DNA from: a virus
Taxonomy: Duplodnaviria; Caudoviricetes
Reading direction: 5' to 3' (one strand)
IMG/VR virus record: IMGVR_UViG_3300028914_000071
Coordinates: 13,509 to 77,508 of that record
DNA: 64,000 bases
Shown here: positions 37,879-49,552 of the stretch, piece by piece
Numbering within the stretch: position 1 is the first letter of the stretch
How the letters are laid out: each line of letters starts with the position of its first letter
Position numbers and translations under genes: made by a program
Notes under the pieces: model-generated
What the model saw: the letters and a program-made list of their open reading frames with translations, nothing else
What the model was told of the DNA's origin: nothing
Databases searched by the model: none

Positions 37879-37897
37879 AAAACCTGCTATTTAAATT

Positions 37898-38185
37898 TTA
37901 GACTTTTAAATTATAAATTGTGACTCTAACCTTGATGTTATTTTCTTTGTTTATTATAGTTTCGGTATAGTCTTCAAATGTAAAGCGCTTATAAATATAA
38001 CCTCTTAAAACACATCTTTTTCCGATGTTGTTAATATCAATTTCAAGTTTTCCAGTATACTTGTTAGGAATCATTCTGTTTTCACCGACGTGGATGTGTT
38101 TTGAAGGGTTCTTAGTGTTGATAAAATCAATAGTTTCGTGGATGTCATCACCGCAAAAAAAAGATGTTAAAATGGCTTTAATCAT
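37898..38185 (-). CDS. hypothetical protein
   Basis: AAAGAGG RBS. Confidence 0.6.
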   Translation of the reverse strand: MIKAILTSFFCGDDIHETIDFINTKNPSKHIHVGENRMIPNKYTGKLEIDINNIGKRCVLRGYIYKRFTFEDYTETIINKENNIKVRVTIYNLKV

Positions 38186-38279
38186 AATAAATACCTCTTT
38201 CTTTTAATTGGTTTTTCAAGTGCTATTCAGAACGAATAACACTTGAAAAACGCTTGTTTTCGTTGTTTATGAGTAATTA

Positions 38280-38804
38280 TTAAAACATGTATGTGTTATA
38301 AAGTTCTTTGATTTTTTCGGAATTTTCAAGTAAAATTGATGCATTATCAAAATACTTAATCTGATATTCCTTAAAATCACCGTTTTCGGAATGTTTGATA
38401 TTGTTATCATGCCACTCCAGTCCGTTATACTCAAATATCATTTTTTCACTTGCTTTTCCGTTATTGGCAAGTTCTTTTGAGTATGCTTTAAATGTTTCCA
38501 GTGTACCGATTTTTATATCGTTTTCTGTATTCCATTTTTTAATATCTTTCACGCCTAACCTTAAACGTAAACACGGTATACCGTCTGATGAAAAACCACT
38601 GTAAAGTGCTAAGTGTTCATCGTTAAAGTTCATCTCATGCATGAAAACATCGGTTTTTGTTGTGTAAACAATAAGCATTTTCTGTGAGTAAAGTTCAGAA
38701 AAATAAGCGTCTAAGTATTTTCCGATATACTCAGTATTTTCGTTTGTGCGTTCATTGTTTCTGAATTTAATTTTAAATTCAGACGTTTTAAAAATTATAT
38801 CCAT
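38280..38804 (-). CDS. putative PD-(D/E)XK-like nuclease-fold protein (paralog of 35960-36430)
   Basis: NNGKASEKMIFE..NGDF..YQIKY; GGAGG RBS; TTGCAA/TATTAT promoter near 38870-38910. Confidence 0.65.
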   Translation of the reverse strand: MDIIFKTSEFKIKFRNNERTNENTEYIGKYLDAYFSELYSQKMLIVYTTKTDVFMHEMNFNDEHLALYSGFSSDGIPCLRLRLGVKDIKKWNTENDIKIGTLETFKAYSKELANNGKASEKMIFEYNGLEWHDNNIKHSENGDFKEYQIKYFDNASILLENSEKIKELYNTYMF

Positions 38805-39146
38805 ATTAACCTCCGTCTGTGTTTTTACAACCTTATCACCCGTTTTCGTGTTGTGTATTAAATTTTCTAAATCTATAATACCACATTAAAAATATAATTG
38901 CAATACCTTTTTTAAAATCCGAACTGTTAAAGTTTTACCGATTTATCCCATATGTATGCATTAATATCGCGCCGGTTTTGTTTTGTCTACTTTTTTAACG
39001 TACTCGGGGGTATGTTTGACAAAATGCCCAGAAAAATCCAAAAGGGCTGCGCCCGGTAGCAAATCCCACACACAAAAAATTTTTAAACTCGAAGGAAAAA
39101 TCCTATCCCACATTTTTAACCCTAACCCTAAAAGGAGGTCATTTAT

Positions 39147-40214
39147 ATGTATAACCTAAACACTAATCTATCCGAACGTATCGAAGCCGTTCGTACAAAT
39201 CCCCCAACCACTATGGCCCAAGCTGAACAAGCAGCCAATTATCTTCTCTACGGCAAAGATTCAACTGGCCTTTCAGCCGTAGACCGCAAACTCGTTTCTC
39301 TAAAACCAAAACACGACTACTCAAAAAACACCCCTTTATCCCTAGACGAATTAACCGATTCCCCTACATTTATAGAAACACCATCGACATTCTCTCGTAC
39401 AAAATATCGTGTCCCAAAACCATCTTTTAGCCGCGATGACCCGTAGAACGCCAATCTCCCTAACATTAACGACCTATGGCACTCAATTGACGCTGTATAG
39501 GCCGTACTCGAAAAAACTGACCCAACCTCAAAAAAATACTATGAGTTTAAGCACCTATTAGTTGAACTCCGCAAGGACCAATACCTGCTTCGCGACCAAG
39601 TAAAATCTCCTATTACCAAAAAACCAGACCACGCTTCAGCATGGGAGCCGTCAGTTTCTTCTCTCGATACCTGGCCTTTAAGTAACTCTATCCCCGGGGT
39701 TTTAGAAAACCCATTTCATAATGGGGTAGTGGTAGATATACCTCTCGACCCGCCACGTAATACTATCGACATGACGAACTGGAAGCACATTGCGCAAATT
39801 GGTTTTGGGTATTGGGAATTAAGGGATGAAAACAAGCCCCTAATTGACCAATTTGATAAGTATGTGAAAATGGCCGGTTTTAGTGAGCAACAAACTATTA
39901 TTTGGGATGGGAAGTTGGCCGGCAAATCGAACCTTGAAATTTTAGATGATTTGGAGGCCCACGGCTATTCTCACGCCCCAAATTATATTAGTACCATTTG
40001 GACCACTTGTTGTAAAAAGGTAGCGGCTTAGGCAGACCTAGTTTATGATGAATGGTGTTGTAAGGATTGGGATAAGGCTTGGAAGAAATGTAGTTGTTGT
40101 GGGGAATGGAAGATGAGGGATAAGAGATTGTGGCACAAGAAGAAAAAGAATGTGGATGGATGGAATGGTATTTGTAAGGATTGTGTGGAGAAGAAAAAGG
40201 AAGAAAAGAAGTAA
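39147..40214 (+). CDS. conserved phage protein with C-terminal CxxC-CxxC zinc finger (code 15)
   Basis: AAAGGAGG RBS; track fragments 39147 and 39729 share a frame and are joined by TAGs; ends TAA 40212-40214. Confidence 0.8.
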
Positions 40215-40317
40215 GACCCCTGTTGGCTTCGCCAACAGGCCCCACCGGGGGTCAAAAATAATTTCGCCGCGAAAGTAGTACCTAAAATCGCGGCTATATA
40301 GTAAAGGAGTGATTTAA

Positions 40318-40581
40318 ATGGAAAAGGAATTAATGGAACTAATGGTAAACGGATTTAAGATGTCCGACATCATTGGTCTTGCGAAATACGTGGGTATTGA
40401 GGGTAATGAGTTACAGGATTTAGTTAGTAAGGTTTTTATGTAGGAAACAGATGCCATATAGAACCTTATTGTTGAGACTGTATTTAGATTTACCTTAATG
40501 AATAGGATGCAGAAAAGAAAGACCATGAAGATGTGCCGCGATATTGCAGCAGCAAACCAGGAAGTGGCAGACAATGGCTAA
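40318..40581 (+). CDS. hypothetical protein (code 15)
   Basis: AAAGGAG RBS; two internal TAG; TAA stop. Confidence 0.7.
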
Positions 40582-41497
40582 GAAATGTTGTATTTGTAAA
40601 GAGGAATTGTCGGTGGCAAAATTTATTGCCACTAACAATCCTTTACTTGGCGGCTCATTACCTATTTGCCGCGATTGTATTTAGTCATACTTAAGTAAGA
40701 ATAAGGATAATGAATGGAATGCCGCTAACAAACTCTGCCAGCTGGCAGACATCCCCTTTATACCTGAAGAATTTGCAAAGGTTTGGAAAGTAGACAGATG
40801 CGATGCCTTTGGTACATACGCTTCAATTTTCCGCCAAAAACAATATGAGGATTTAAGTTGGAAACAATATCAAGACTTATATATGGAACTGGAAGAAAGA
40901 GACAAATTGACTTAGGTTATCCCGGCTCTAGATGAGGATAAAAGAATTGAGCGTAAGGCTATATGGGGTCCTCAGTACGATGATGAATAGCTGGAATATT
41001 TGGATAATTTGTACTCTGGTATTCAGTCTTCTGTTAACATTGCTAATAAAATGCACGAAGACCAAATTAAGAAAGCTTGTAAGTTAGCTTTAATAATGGA
41101 AGAAAAGCTAAGGGCCGGGGTCGAAATTGATAAGGATTTAAAAGCCTATGATACCTTATGTAAAAGTGCCGGCATTACTACTACCGAAATTAAGGACGGT
41201 AACGATTTTAACAGTTGGGGCGAAATTTGCGCCTATCTGGAGAAATTAGGATTTAAGCCTAACTATGCTAGGGGTGCTAATAACGATGAAGTTGATAAGT
41301 CCTTACGTATCATGCAGTATCAGGCTAGATACTTATATGTAAATGAGACTGGTATTGCCGACGAAATCAAAGAACGTATCGAAGCTCTTAAGGCTGCAGA
41401 TAGACTTACAAATAGTGGCTTTGACTGGGATGAATACCAAGAAGCTGCCGCACAATTCGACGATATGGATGAAGAAGACTTTAAGGTTGAGGTGTAA
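40574..41497 (+). CDS. N-terminal zinc-finger protein, possible terminase small subunit (code 15)
   Basis: MAKKCCICK..PICRDC; three internal TAG join it to track ORF 41000; lies directly upstream of terL. Confidence 0.7.
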
Positions 41498-41500
41498 GGT

Positions 41501-43339
41501 ATGTTAACTGTAGACTCACTTAAGATACTAACAAGGGGTATAAATAAGGATACAACTACTAAATTTTATCGCGGCGATATTTAGCTAGAAAAAGGCGCAA
41601 AAGTCGATAAGAATAAGGTTGATAAGAATTTAGACCTCTATAAAAACTACATGGAATATTTCATTAACTATCCTGATAAGTTTGTTGACCTACTTATACC
41701 TGTTGAATCAAAGTTTAGACTTAAATTTTTCCAGCGTATGTTCTTAAGAGCATGTATTAGGTACGGACGAGTTCTTACAATAGCTCCCCGTGCCGCCGGT
41801 AAATCTTTTATTTGTATTTTGGCTTTATTGCTGATTTGTATTTTTAGACCAAAATGTACAGCGTTTATTTGTTCGCCTGGTAAAGCCCAGTCTGCAAAAA
41901 TCGCACAGTAGAAACTTGGTCAGTTATTCGATATGCTGCCAATGTTAAAAGCTGAAATTGCTGTTGAAAACTATGGTACTGACTATATTAAACTTTTATT
42001 CCGTAACAAGTCTTCTTTCGTAGTTGTTACACCTCTTAACAGTTCAAGAGGACAGCGTGCTAATATAGGTATCATAGATGAGTTCCGTGACCACGACCCT
42101 ACGGATATTGCCGAAATTATCTTGCCACTCTTAAACGTTGATAGGCCTATGATAAACGGTGATAAGAATGAAGAAGAGCCACAACAGGTACAGCTTTGGA
42201 TTTCATCTGCTTCGGAAAAGAATACATTCTGTTATGATAAGACTATTGAGTTATTTGAGCAGTAGATTATTAACCCAAGTTCTACTTTCTGTTTTAGTTT
42301 TGACTATAGAATACCAGTATTAACAGGACTTTTATCTAAAGCTTACTTAAACGAATTAAAGACATCATCTACTTTTGATAGCTTAGGTTTTGCAAAGGAA
42401 TATATGTCACGATTTGTTGGTACTTCAGAAGATGCATGGTTTGACTTTACTAAGCTAGAACAGGCTCGTAGAGTTGTTAACCCTGAAAATGTTGCTACAT
42501 ATTCGCGCGAAAGCGATAAAGACTGCTTTTATATACTCTCAACCGACTTGGCGCGAAAAGGCTGCCAATCTGTTTGTACTGTATTAAAGGTCTATCCAAG
42601 CAATGAAACTTTTAGAATGAAACTGGTAAATATCTACATTTTAGGTAGGACAGAAAGCGAGAAAGACTTTACACTTCAGGTAATCGAACAGAAACGTCTT
42701 ATCGCTCAATATAATCCAAGAGCTTGCGTAATAGATATTAACGGTGTCGGTGCTCCATTTGGTGACTTAATGATTAAGGAAACTTATGATAGTAGAACCG
42801 GCATGACTTATCCACCTTACGGCTTTATGAATAGGGAAGAATACTTACCTTTACAGCCGCGTGGATGTGAAAAGATACTTTATGGTATTAAGGCTAATGC
42901 TCAGATAAATAGCGATATGCACTCTATGCTATATTCAAAGATTTATTCGGGTCAGTTAAAGTTCTTAATCTCAGAACAGCAAGCTAAGAATAAACTTATT
43001 TCTACAATTAAAGGAGCTAGAATGTCTCCGGAAGAATAGAACAAACGTTTACAGCCGCACATTTTAACTACTATCCTTTTAAAAGAAATACTCAATTTAA
43101 AGATTCGCGCGACAGGTGTAAGTAACCAAATCGCAGTAGAACAAATCAATACTAGAGTATTAAAGGATAAATTCTCCGCCCTTGAAATGGGTGTGTATTA
43201 TGTTGTTTAGCTTGAACAGGAAAACTTAGCTAAACGTAGAAATCGCGGCTTAGGTAATGGTTCTGCCGGACGTAGTTTAGTATTCGCTTCTCGTGGTAGG
43301 GGCGGTTGTGGAGGCAATAAAAATAGAAGAAGGAGGTGA
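41501..43339 (+). CDS. terL: terminase large subunit (code 15)
   Basis: Walker A APRAAGKS, Walker B IGIIDE, RNase H-like STDLARKG, VIDINGVG, KDKFSAL; five in-frame TAG join the track fragments. Confidence 0.92.
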
Positions 43340-43344
43340 TAAGG

Positions 43345-44895
43345 TTGGATTTAAATAAAGGACCAGAGTTAAGTCTGGACGCTAAGTAGCTTGAAGAATT
43401 AAGAGGAAAAAGAACTGATATATTCAAAAGCGTTATCAGAGATATGATTGCTAAAAATGATGCCGCCTATGAAAAGCTTAAAGGCAGAGAATCAACTAAA
43501 AGACATTTATCTCATGAATATACCCCGGAAGAAATTGATAGAATCGTTAAAGAAGGTACAGCAATAGAGAAATGTAAATTATCAAGACACTTCTTTGATA
43601 TAAGCGGTTTATATAAAAGAATTATCATTCACTACTCAACTTTCTTAACTTATTCATGGCTTCTTATCCCTCATGCAAAAGGTTTTAAAGGCAAGCTTTC
43701 TGAAAAGACTAATCAAAAGTCTTATTACGAAGCCGCAGAGTTCTGCTCGAATTTTGACATAGAAGATAAATGTACAAAGTTCGCAACAAGAGTATTAGTT
43801 GATGGCGGCTATTATGGTATTATCCATGATAATCCGGAAGGTATTGCAATACAGACACTACCTTTTGAATATTGCCGCAGCAGATTTAAAAATCGGCAAG
43901 ACGTTGATGTTATTGAATTCGACCTAAGATTTTTCGATAAAGAAATTAGTGACGATAAACTTCGCCGCGAAATTTTGAAAGCATATCCTACTGAGGTACA
44001 GAAAGGATATAAGAAATATAAGAGGGAGGGTCAAAATGCTGACCCGTGGATGTTTATTTCTGAAAAGGTTGGTATTTACTTCTGCTATATAAAAGAAACA
44101 CCATTCTTCTTAGATTTAATTCCTCTGATTGATGACTTAGAAGATTACAGGGACATCAACAAACAAAGAAACTTACTTTCACTAAAGAGAATCGTAACAC
44201 AAGAAATTCCACACGATGGTCTTAACTTACTTTTTGAGCCAGATGAAGCACTTGAAATTCACGAGGGTGTAGTTGAAATGCTTTCTGAAAGCCCGGATAC
44301 TGATGTTATTACATCTTATGGTAAGGTTGGTTTATTAGACCTTAGCGGCGAGCAGGCAGATAGAACTGACGTTGAATAGGCTCAACAATTAGTCTATGAT
44401 GCCGCTGGTGTATCAAAGGAACTCTTTAGTGCGTCAACACCATCAGGCTTAGAAATGTCTCTTAATAATGACTTATCTATGATGATGATTTTAGGTAGAC
44501 AACTTGCTCATTTCTTTAGTGTTCTCATGAACAATAAATTTGGAAATAAGAAAATATCTTTTAATTTTGTAATACTTCCTGTAAGTTACTACAATATAGA
44601 AGAATACACATCAAAAGCCAAAGACTTAGCAGCGTTTGGTTATGTATTTCTTACTCCGGTTGCGGCTTCGGGTGTTAACCAAGTTAATCTTAGTGACCTT
44701 AAGAGTTTAGAAAATGATGTGCTTGATTTAGACGAAGTGCTTAAACCTCTCCAGTCTGCGTATACACAGTCCGGTAAAACAAACGCCGTTACTGCTTAGG
44801 CTACGAAGGATGCTAATAAATCTGCTACTGCAAGCTCTTCAAGTTCATCGGAAAGTAAGACAACGACTAGCGAGACAAGCAAACAATCAAATTAA
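43345..44895 (+). CDS. portal protein (code 15)
   Basis: GGAGGTG RBS before TTG; follows terL; fragments 43444 and 44455 are in frame through TAG. Confidence 0.8.
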
Positions 44896-44915
44896 AAAGG
44901 TGGTGAGAATAAAAC

Positions 44916-46235
44916 ATGAGCGTGAAAATTCCTAGAGAAATAGAAGTATCTCTTTATTCCAAACCGGAAAAAGTGACCGCTACACTGTCAAAATGCAGAG
45001 GACGCTTTTTTTATAGAGGAATGAATCGAAATCGTACATATATAACGGACGACTTTGCGAGACAACTTATTGAGTCTTTACCTTATGCTCCAATTAAAGG
45101 TATTTTTAATATGGATGAATTAGATTTTGAAGACCATGGTTACACAAATTCGGACGGTAAGATTTATGGTATTGTTCCTGAGAATCCAAACTTTGCGTGG
45201 GAAAAACACATAGACAAAGATGGAATAGAGAGAGAATACGCATGTTCTGACGTTATTCTTTTTACTGCCCTCTATCCAGAAGCCAGTTTAATTCCTAGCA
45301 AACCTCAATCAATGGAAATTTATTCTAAAGACCTTGAAGGAGAGTGGATGATTTCTGAGGAAGACGGAGAACCGTATTTCCTTTTTAAAAAGGGAAGACT
45401 ACTTGGCTTATAGGTACTTGGTGACGAAGTTGAGCCGTGTTTTGAAGGAGCGGCTTTCTTCGAACTGAGAAAAAGAGCCAGAGACTTATATCACTATTTT
45501 GAGGAGGAGAGTAAGAAGATGGAAAATGAAAACAAAGTTCCAGTTGAAAACACTGTAACTCCTGAAGCTCCAGCAGTTACAGAAACACCAACAACTGAAA
45601 ATACAGTAGCTACACCAGAAGCACCAGCAGCAACTGAAACACCAGTTGTAGAGCCGGAAGCTCCAGTAGAAAATACAGTAGTTACACCAGAAGCTCCTGC
45701 TGAAGAACCAGCGGTTGCAACACCAGAAGCTCCTGTTGAAGATTTCGCGGCTAAGTATGAAGCACTTGTTGCTGAATTTGAAACTGCTAAGACAGATTTC
45801 GCCGCAAAAATGGAAGAATTAAATTCTAAGCTTGCAGAAGCTGAAGAAAAGATTAATTCATTCTCTACAACAATCGAGGAAAAAGAAGCTGAAATTGTTA
45901 GACTCAATTCAGCACTTTCCGACATAAATAATGAAAAGTCAGATTTAGAGTCTTATAAGAAGACTGTAGAAACAGAAGAAAAGAACAAAATAATTGATGA
46001 ATTCTCAGCTAGTCTCTCAGCAGAGCAGATTGCAGAATTTACCGAAAAAATGGCTGATTATTCTGTAGAAGACTTTAGAAAAGAGTTATGCTTCGCAGCA
46101 TATAGCTCAGGTGCTACATTCGGCAAGACAGAAGAACCAACACTCATTTATAAGAATGAAGGTTCAAAGGGTGAAATTGATGCCGTATGTGCCCTTATTG
46201 AAAATCACATGAAAAAAGAAGGAGGTAATAAATAA
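44916..46235 (+). CDS. prohead protease fused to scaffold (code 15)
   Basis: One TAG in LLGL-Q-VLGDEVEPCFEGA joins the protease-like ORF to a TPEAPA-repeat/coiled-coil scaffold in the same frame. Confidence 0.8.
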
Positions 46236-46975
46236 TGGCACTTGTAAAATTTGACAGAGGCCTCTTCCGTAATGGTAAGAAAGCTTCAGGTAACAACTAC
46301 GGTCAGATTGAACCAAACCAGGTATGGTTCACTAGAGCCGGCATGGTAGAAGCACAGTGTGCTCTCGACCCTAATTTTTATTCAGACGAAAAGGTTGGTC
46401 CTTACGTAAACGCAGTAGATACAGCTGGTGCTGCTACAGGTAATAAGATTGTAGCACAGAATGGTGCTTGTGTTCTTGTTAACAAGCCAAACTCACTTGT
46501 TACTGTACCTACAAAGGCTCTTTCAGACCTCGGACTTCCACTCGGTATGATTTATACATCAGAACAGATGTACGATGAAAGAGAAAACAACAGAAGAAAG
46601 TTCTGCTCAACAACAAAGGATTTCCTTCCAAGAGTAGGCTATCTCCAGAGAGGTATGAGAATCACAACTAACACAGTTGCTTGGGACACAACAACTTCAA
46701 TCACAACAACTGACCTTGATAGCAATATCACACTTGACCTTTCAGCTTGCACATCTACAGATGATTCATACTACGTAGTAGCTAACCTTAAGAGATTCAT
46801 CGAATCAGGTACAGCAACTCCAGTATATGCAGCAGTTGTTGAAGGTTCAGATGGTGAACTTGTAATTGGTTATGACATCACAGGTAACGACGCACTCGGC
46901 GGCGTAGTAGCACAGCTTGTTGCTGTATACGACAACGCAGACAGAACATGCTCATTCATGTTCGAGATTCTTTAA
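46235..46975 (+). CDS. capsid-associated (decoration/minor head) protein
   Basis: Between scaffold and capsid gene; strong RBS; highly biased codons. Confidence 0.65.
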   Translation: MALVKFDRGLFRNGKKASGNNYGQIEPNQVWFTRAGMVEAQCALDPNFYSDEKVGPYVNAVDTAGAATGNKIVAQNGACVLVNKPNSLVTVPTKALSDLGLPLGMIYTSEQMYDERENNRRKFCSTTKDFLPRVGYLQRGMRITTNTVAWDTTTSITTTDLDSNITLDLSACTSTDDSYYVVANLKRFIESGTATPVYAAVVEGSDGELVIGYDITGNDALGGVVAQLVAVYDNADRTCSFMFEIL

Positions 46976-46994
46976 TAAGGAGAGGTGATAATTA

Positions 46995-48167
46995 ATGGAT
47001 AAGAACGCAATCAAAACACTTTATATCCATGCACTTAGAGGTACTTCTCCAGATGTAACAAAGTACAGTGCTACAGATGTAAAGGGCACAATCGTAGACG
47101 AATTTAATAAGCTCTGCGCAACAAGAAAAGATTATGAAGAAAACAAATACACAATCTTCCAGATTATGCAGGAATCATTCGATGAAGTTCTTCCTAAGTA
47201 CGTTGGAGATGCTTTCGGTGTATTTGCTGAATACAAGACAGTAGGACTTAACCAGAAGTACACATTCAAGGTTAAGAGAGGACGTATGCGTGCAAAGACA
47301 TTCATTACAGAAGTAGGTCTTTCAGGTGTATACGAAGCCTTCAGACTTGACCACGACTACTTCGAAGTTGGAGGCAAGGCTTTCGGTGGCGCTGCTTACA
47401 TTGACTTCGAAAGACTCCGTTCAGGTGATGAAGACATCACAGAACCTTTCAACCTTTTAATGGAAGGTCTTCAGGAAGCTATCAACAGAGAAATCGCTAA
47501 GGCTCTTATCGCTACAGTTCAGAACTCTGATATGCCAATTGCTAACAAGGTTGCTACAAACGGCTTTGACCCAGCTTCAATGATGAGACTTATCACAATT
47601 GCTAAGACATATGGCGGCGGTTCAGCAGTAATCCTTGCTACACCAGAATGGGTAGCTGAAATGGGTCCTGATGCAATCGGTATGCCAATCCTCGCTAACC
47701 CAGCTTCAAACGCTGGTTATGCTACACCAGTTTACTCACCAAAGGATATTAACGATATTGCTAATGGTGGTTTCGTAACAACATTCAGAGGTACACCAAT
47801 CGTTCAGCTTCCACAGTCATTCGTTGACGAAAACAACGATATGTACCAGATTCCATCACAGTACGCATTTGTAATGCCAGCTAACATGGGCGAAAAGATT
47901 GTTAAGGTTGTATTCGAAGGCGAAACACAGATTGATGACTTCAAGAACAGAGACCGTTCAATCGAACTTGAAGTTTACAAGAGATTCGGCGTTGCAATTC
48001 TTACAACAAACAACTGGTGTGTATACGAAAACCTCGACCTTGCATCTAACCCATGCATTATCGACGTTAACAACCTCGGCTTCGTTAACCACCCACACAA
48101 ACTTGGCAAGGTTAATGTTGGTCAGGGAACTGATTACGCAGACCCATCAAAGATTAATACACTTTAA
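46995..48167 (+). CDS. major capsid protein
   Basis: 390 aa after protease-scaffold; highly biased codon use; terminator follows. Confidence 0.82.
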   Translation: MDKNAIKTLYIHALRGTSPDVTKYSATDVKGTIVDEFNKLCATRKDYEENKYTIFQIMQESFDEVLPKYVGDAFGVFAEYKTVGLNQKYTFKVKRGRMRAKTFITEVGLSGVYEAFRLDHDYFEVGGKAFGGAAYIDFERLRSGDEDITEPFNLLMEGLQEAINREIAKALIATVQNSDMPIANKVATNGFDPASMMRLITIAKTYGGGSAVILATPEWVAEMGPDAIGMPILANPASNAGYATPVYSPKDINDIANGGFVTTFRGTPIVQLPQSFVDENNDMYQIPSQYAFVMPANMGEKIVKVVFEGETQIDDFKNRDRSIELEVYKRFGVAILTTNNWCVYENLDLASNPCIIDVNNLGFVNHPHKLGKVNVGQGTDYADPSKINTL

Positions 48168-48190
48168 TCTTAAAAATCGAATACATAGTA

Positions 48191-48229
48191 AAGAAAAGGT
48201 GAGTGAGAGATTTCTCACCACCTTTCTTT
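48191..48229 (+). terminator. terminator after capsid gene
   Basis: AAGGTG..GTGAGA/TCTCAC..CACCTT hairpin plus T-rich tail. Confidence 0.65.
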
Positions 48230-48263
48230 ATATATTTAAAAGGAGTTTAAAGGAGGAATTTAA

Positions 48264-48818
48264 ATGTTACAGAGTACAACAAGAATGGTAAGACTTAGAA
48301 ACACAACAGACAAGACAGTAGTGGTTGTAGACCCTATTAATAATCTTAGAAGGGAATTCCCAAGAAAGAACGTAGTTCAGGAAATTCCATTTGATATGGT
48401 TGCACAGCTTTTATTCCAGACAGGTTTTAGAAATATGATTGAATCTGGTATGCTTTTTATTGACAGTATGGAAGATAAGATAGACCTTGGTCTTGAAGAA
48501 CCAGACACAACAATTCCAACAAATATTGTTGTTTTCTCAGATGAAGAAAAGGTTCAGCTTTTAACTACTGCATCAATCCCAGATTTCGTTGAAAGACTTT
48601 CTCATGTTACTTATGAAGAAGCAGCAGAACTTGTAAAATTCGCGGCGAAAAATGATATTTATAATCCGGAAAAATCAGATATTCTTAAAGAAATTACAGG
48701 CCTTGACACTGTAGCTATGATTGCTAAGAAGAGAGCCTTTGAAGAAGCTGATAAGAGAGCCGCATCAGCAAGAGAGGACAGAGAACCGGAAGGTGTATTT
48801 AAACCAACAAGAAGATAA
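48264..48818 (+). CDS. hypothetical virion morphogenesis protein
   Basis: AAGGAGG RBS. Confidence 0.75.
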   Translation: MLQSTTRMVRLRNTTDKTVVVVDPINNLRREFPRKNVVQEIPFDMVAQLLFQTGFRNMIESGMLFIDSMEDKIDLGLEEPDTTIPTNIVVFSDEEKVQLLTTASIPDFVERLSHVTYEEAAELVKFAAKNDIYNPEKSDILKEITGLDTVAMIAKKRAFEEADKRAASAREDREPEGVFKPTRR

Positions 48819-48831
48819 TGAGGTGAGATAA

Positions 48832-49308
48832 TTGACAACTTTGATGGATGTTTATGGCGTTTTTCTATCAAAGGTCAACGAAGATGAATGGTCACATTGT
48901 TATTCAAAGGAAGAACTTGAATGGTTCATAAAAGACTGGAGAGCTTTCTTAGATTAGGCTCTCCCTTATTTTAAGTTCCCAAGATGCAAACTTGATATTG
49001 ATGAAGCTAATCAGTGCTTTGTTGATGATAGTATAGGAAATGCAGAAATTCAAGTTATCGCAACTTTTATGAAACAGCAATGGCTCAAAAGAACCGTTGA
49101 CAGTTGGGAAAACATTAAGACACAATATGATGAAGCAGACTTCTCACAGGCTAATCTTTTAAAGACATTTATTCAGTTAAAGGATTAGGTTTGTAAAGAA
49201 GCTTTAGACTTAGAGAGAACATACTATCGTTCAGTCAATAAGTCTCCTTTTAAATATAGACAATTAGCGGGAGGCGGCGGAAAGAATGGACGAAAAATAC
49301 GTAGATAA
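48832..49308 (+). CDS. probable head-tail adaptor (code 15)
   Basis: GAGGTG RBS before TTG; two internal TAG; DFSQANLL segment; position after capsid; absent from the standard-code track. Confidence 0.7.
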
Positions 49309-49552
49309 GTATAAGGAAACCCTTAAGAATCGTTTATACGGTTTACTCTGCGAAAGAGAAAAAGATGGGTCATGGGAAACTTTTCTCGATAATATCCTTA
49401 TAGATTTAAATAACTTTGAAAACAAGAAAAAGAGTTTTGATTACTATGTATTATATTCTAAATTAGCATCTTGCCGCTTTGTTTCGTATAAATATTATAG
49501 AAAAATAATTTTCGAGTGCATGAATATCATTGATAGGATTGATGTGCTATGA
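49286..49552 (+). CDS. hypothetical protein
   Basis: GGAGG RBS. Confidence 0.65.
   Translation: MDEKYVDKYKETLKNRLYGLLCEREKDGSWETFLDNILIDLNNFENKKKSFDYYVLYSKLASCRFVSYKYYRKIIFECMNIIDRIDVL

Noticed and set aside
13583-39000. Integrase, transposase or resolvase for the cassette array
   Set aside because: No ORF shows tyrosine recombinase (R-H-R-Y), serine recombinase or DDE motifs.
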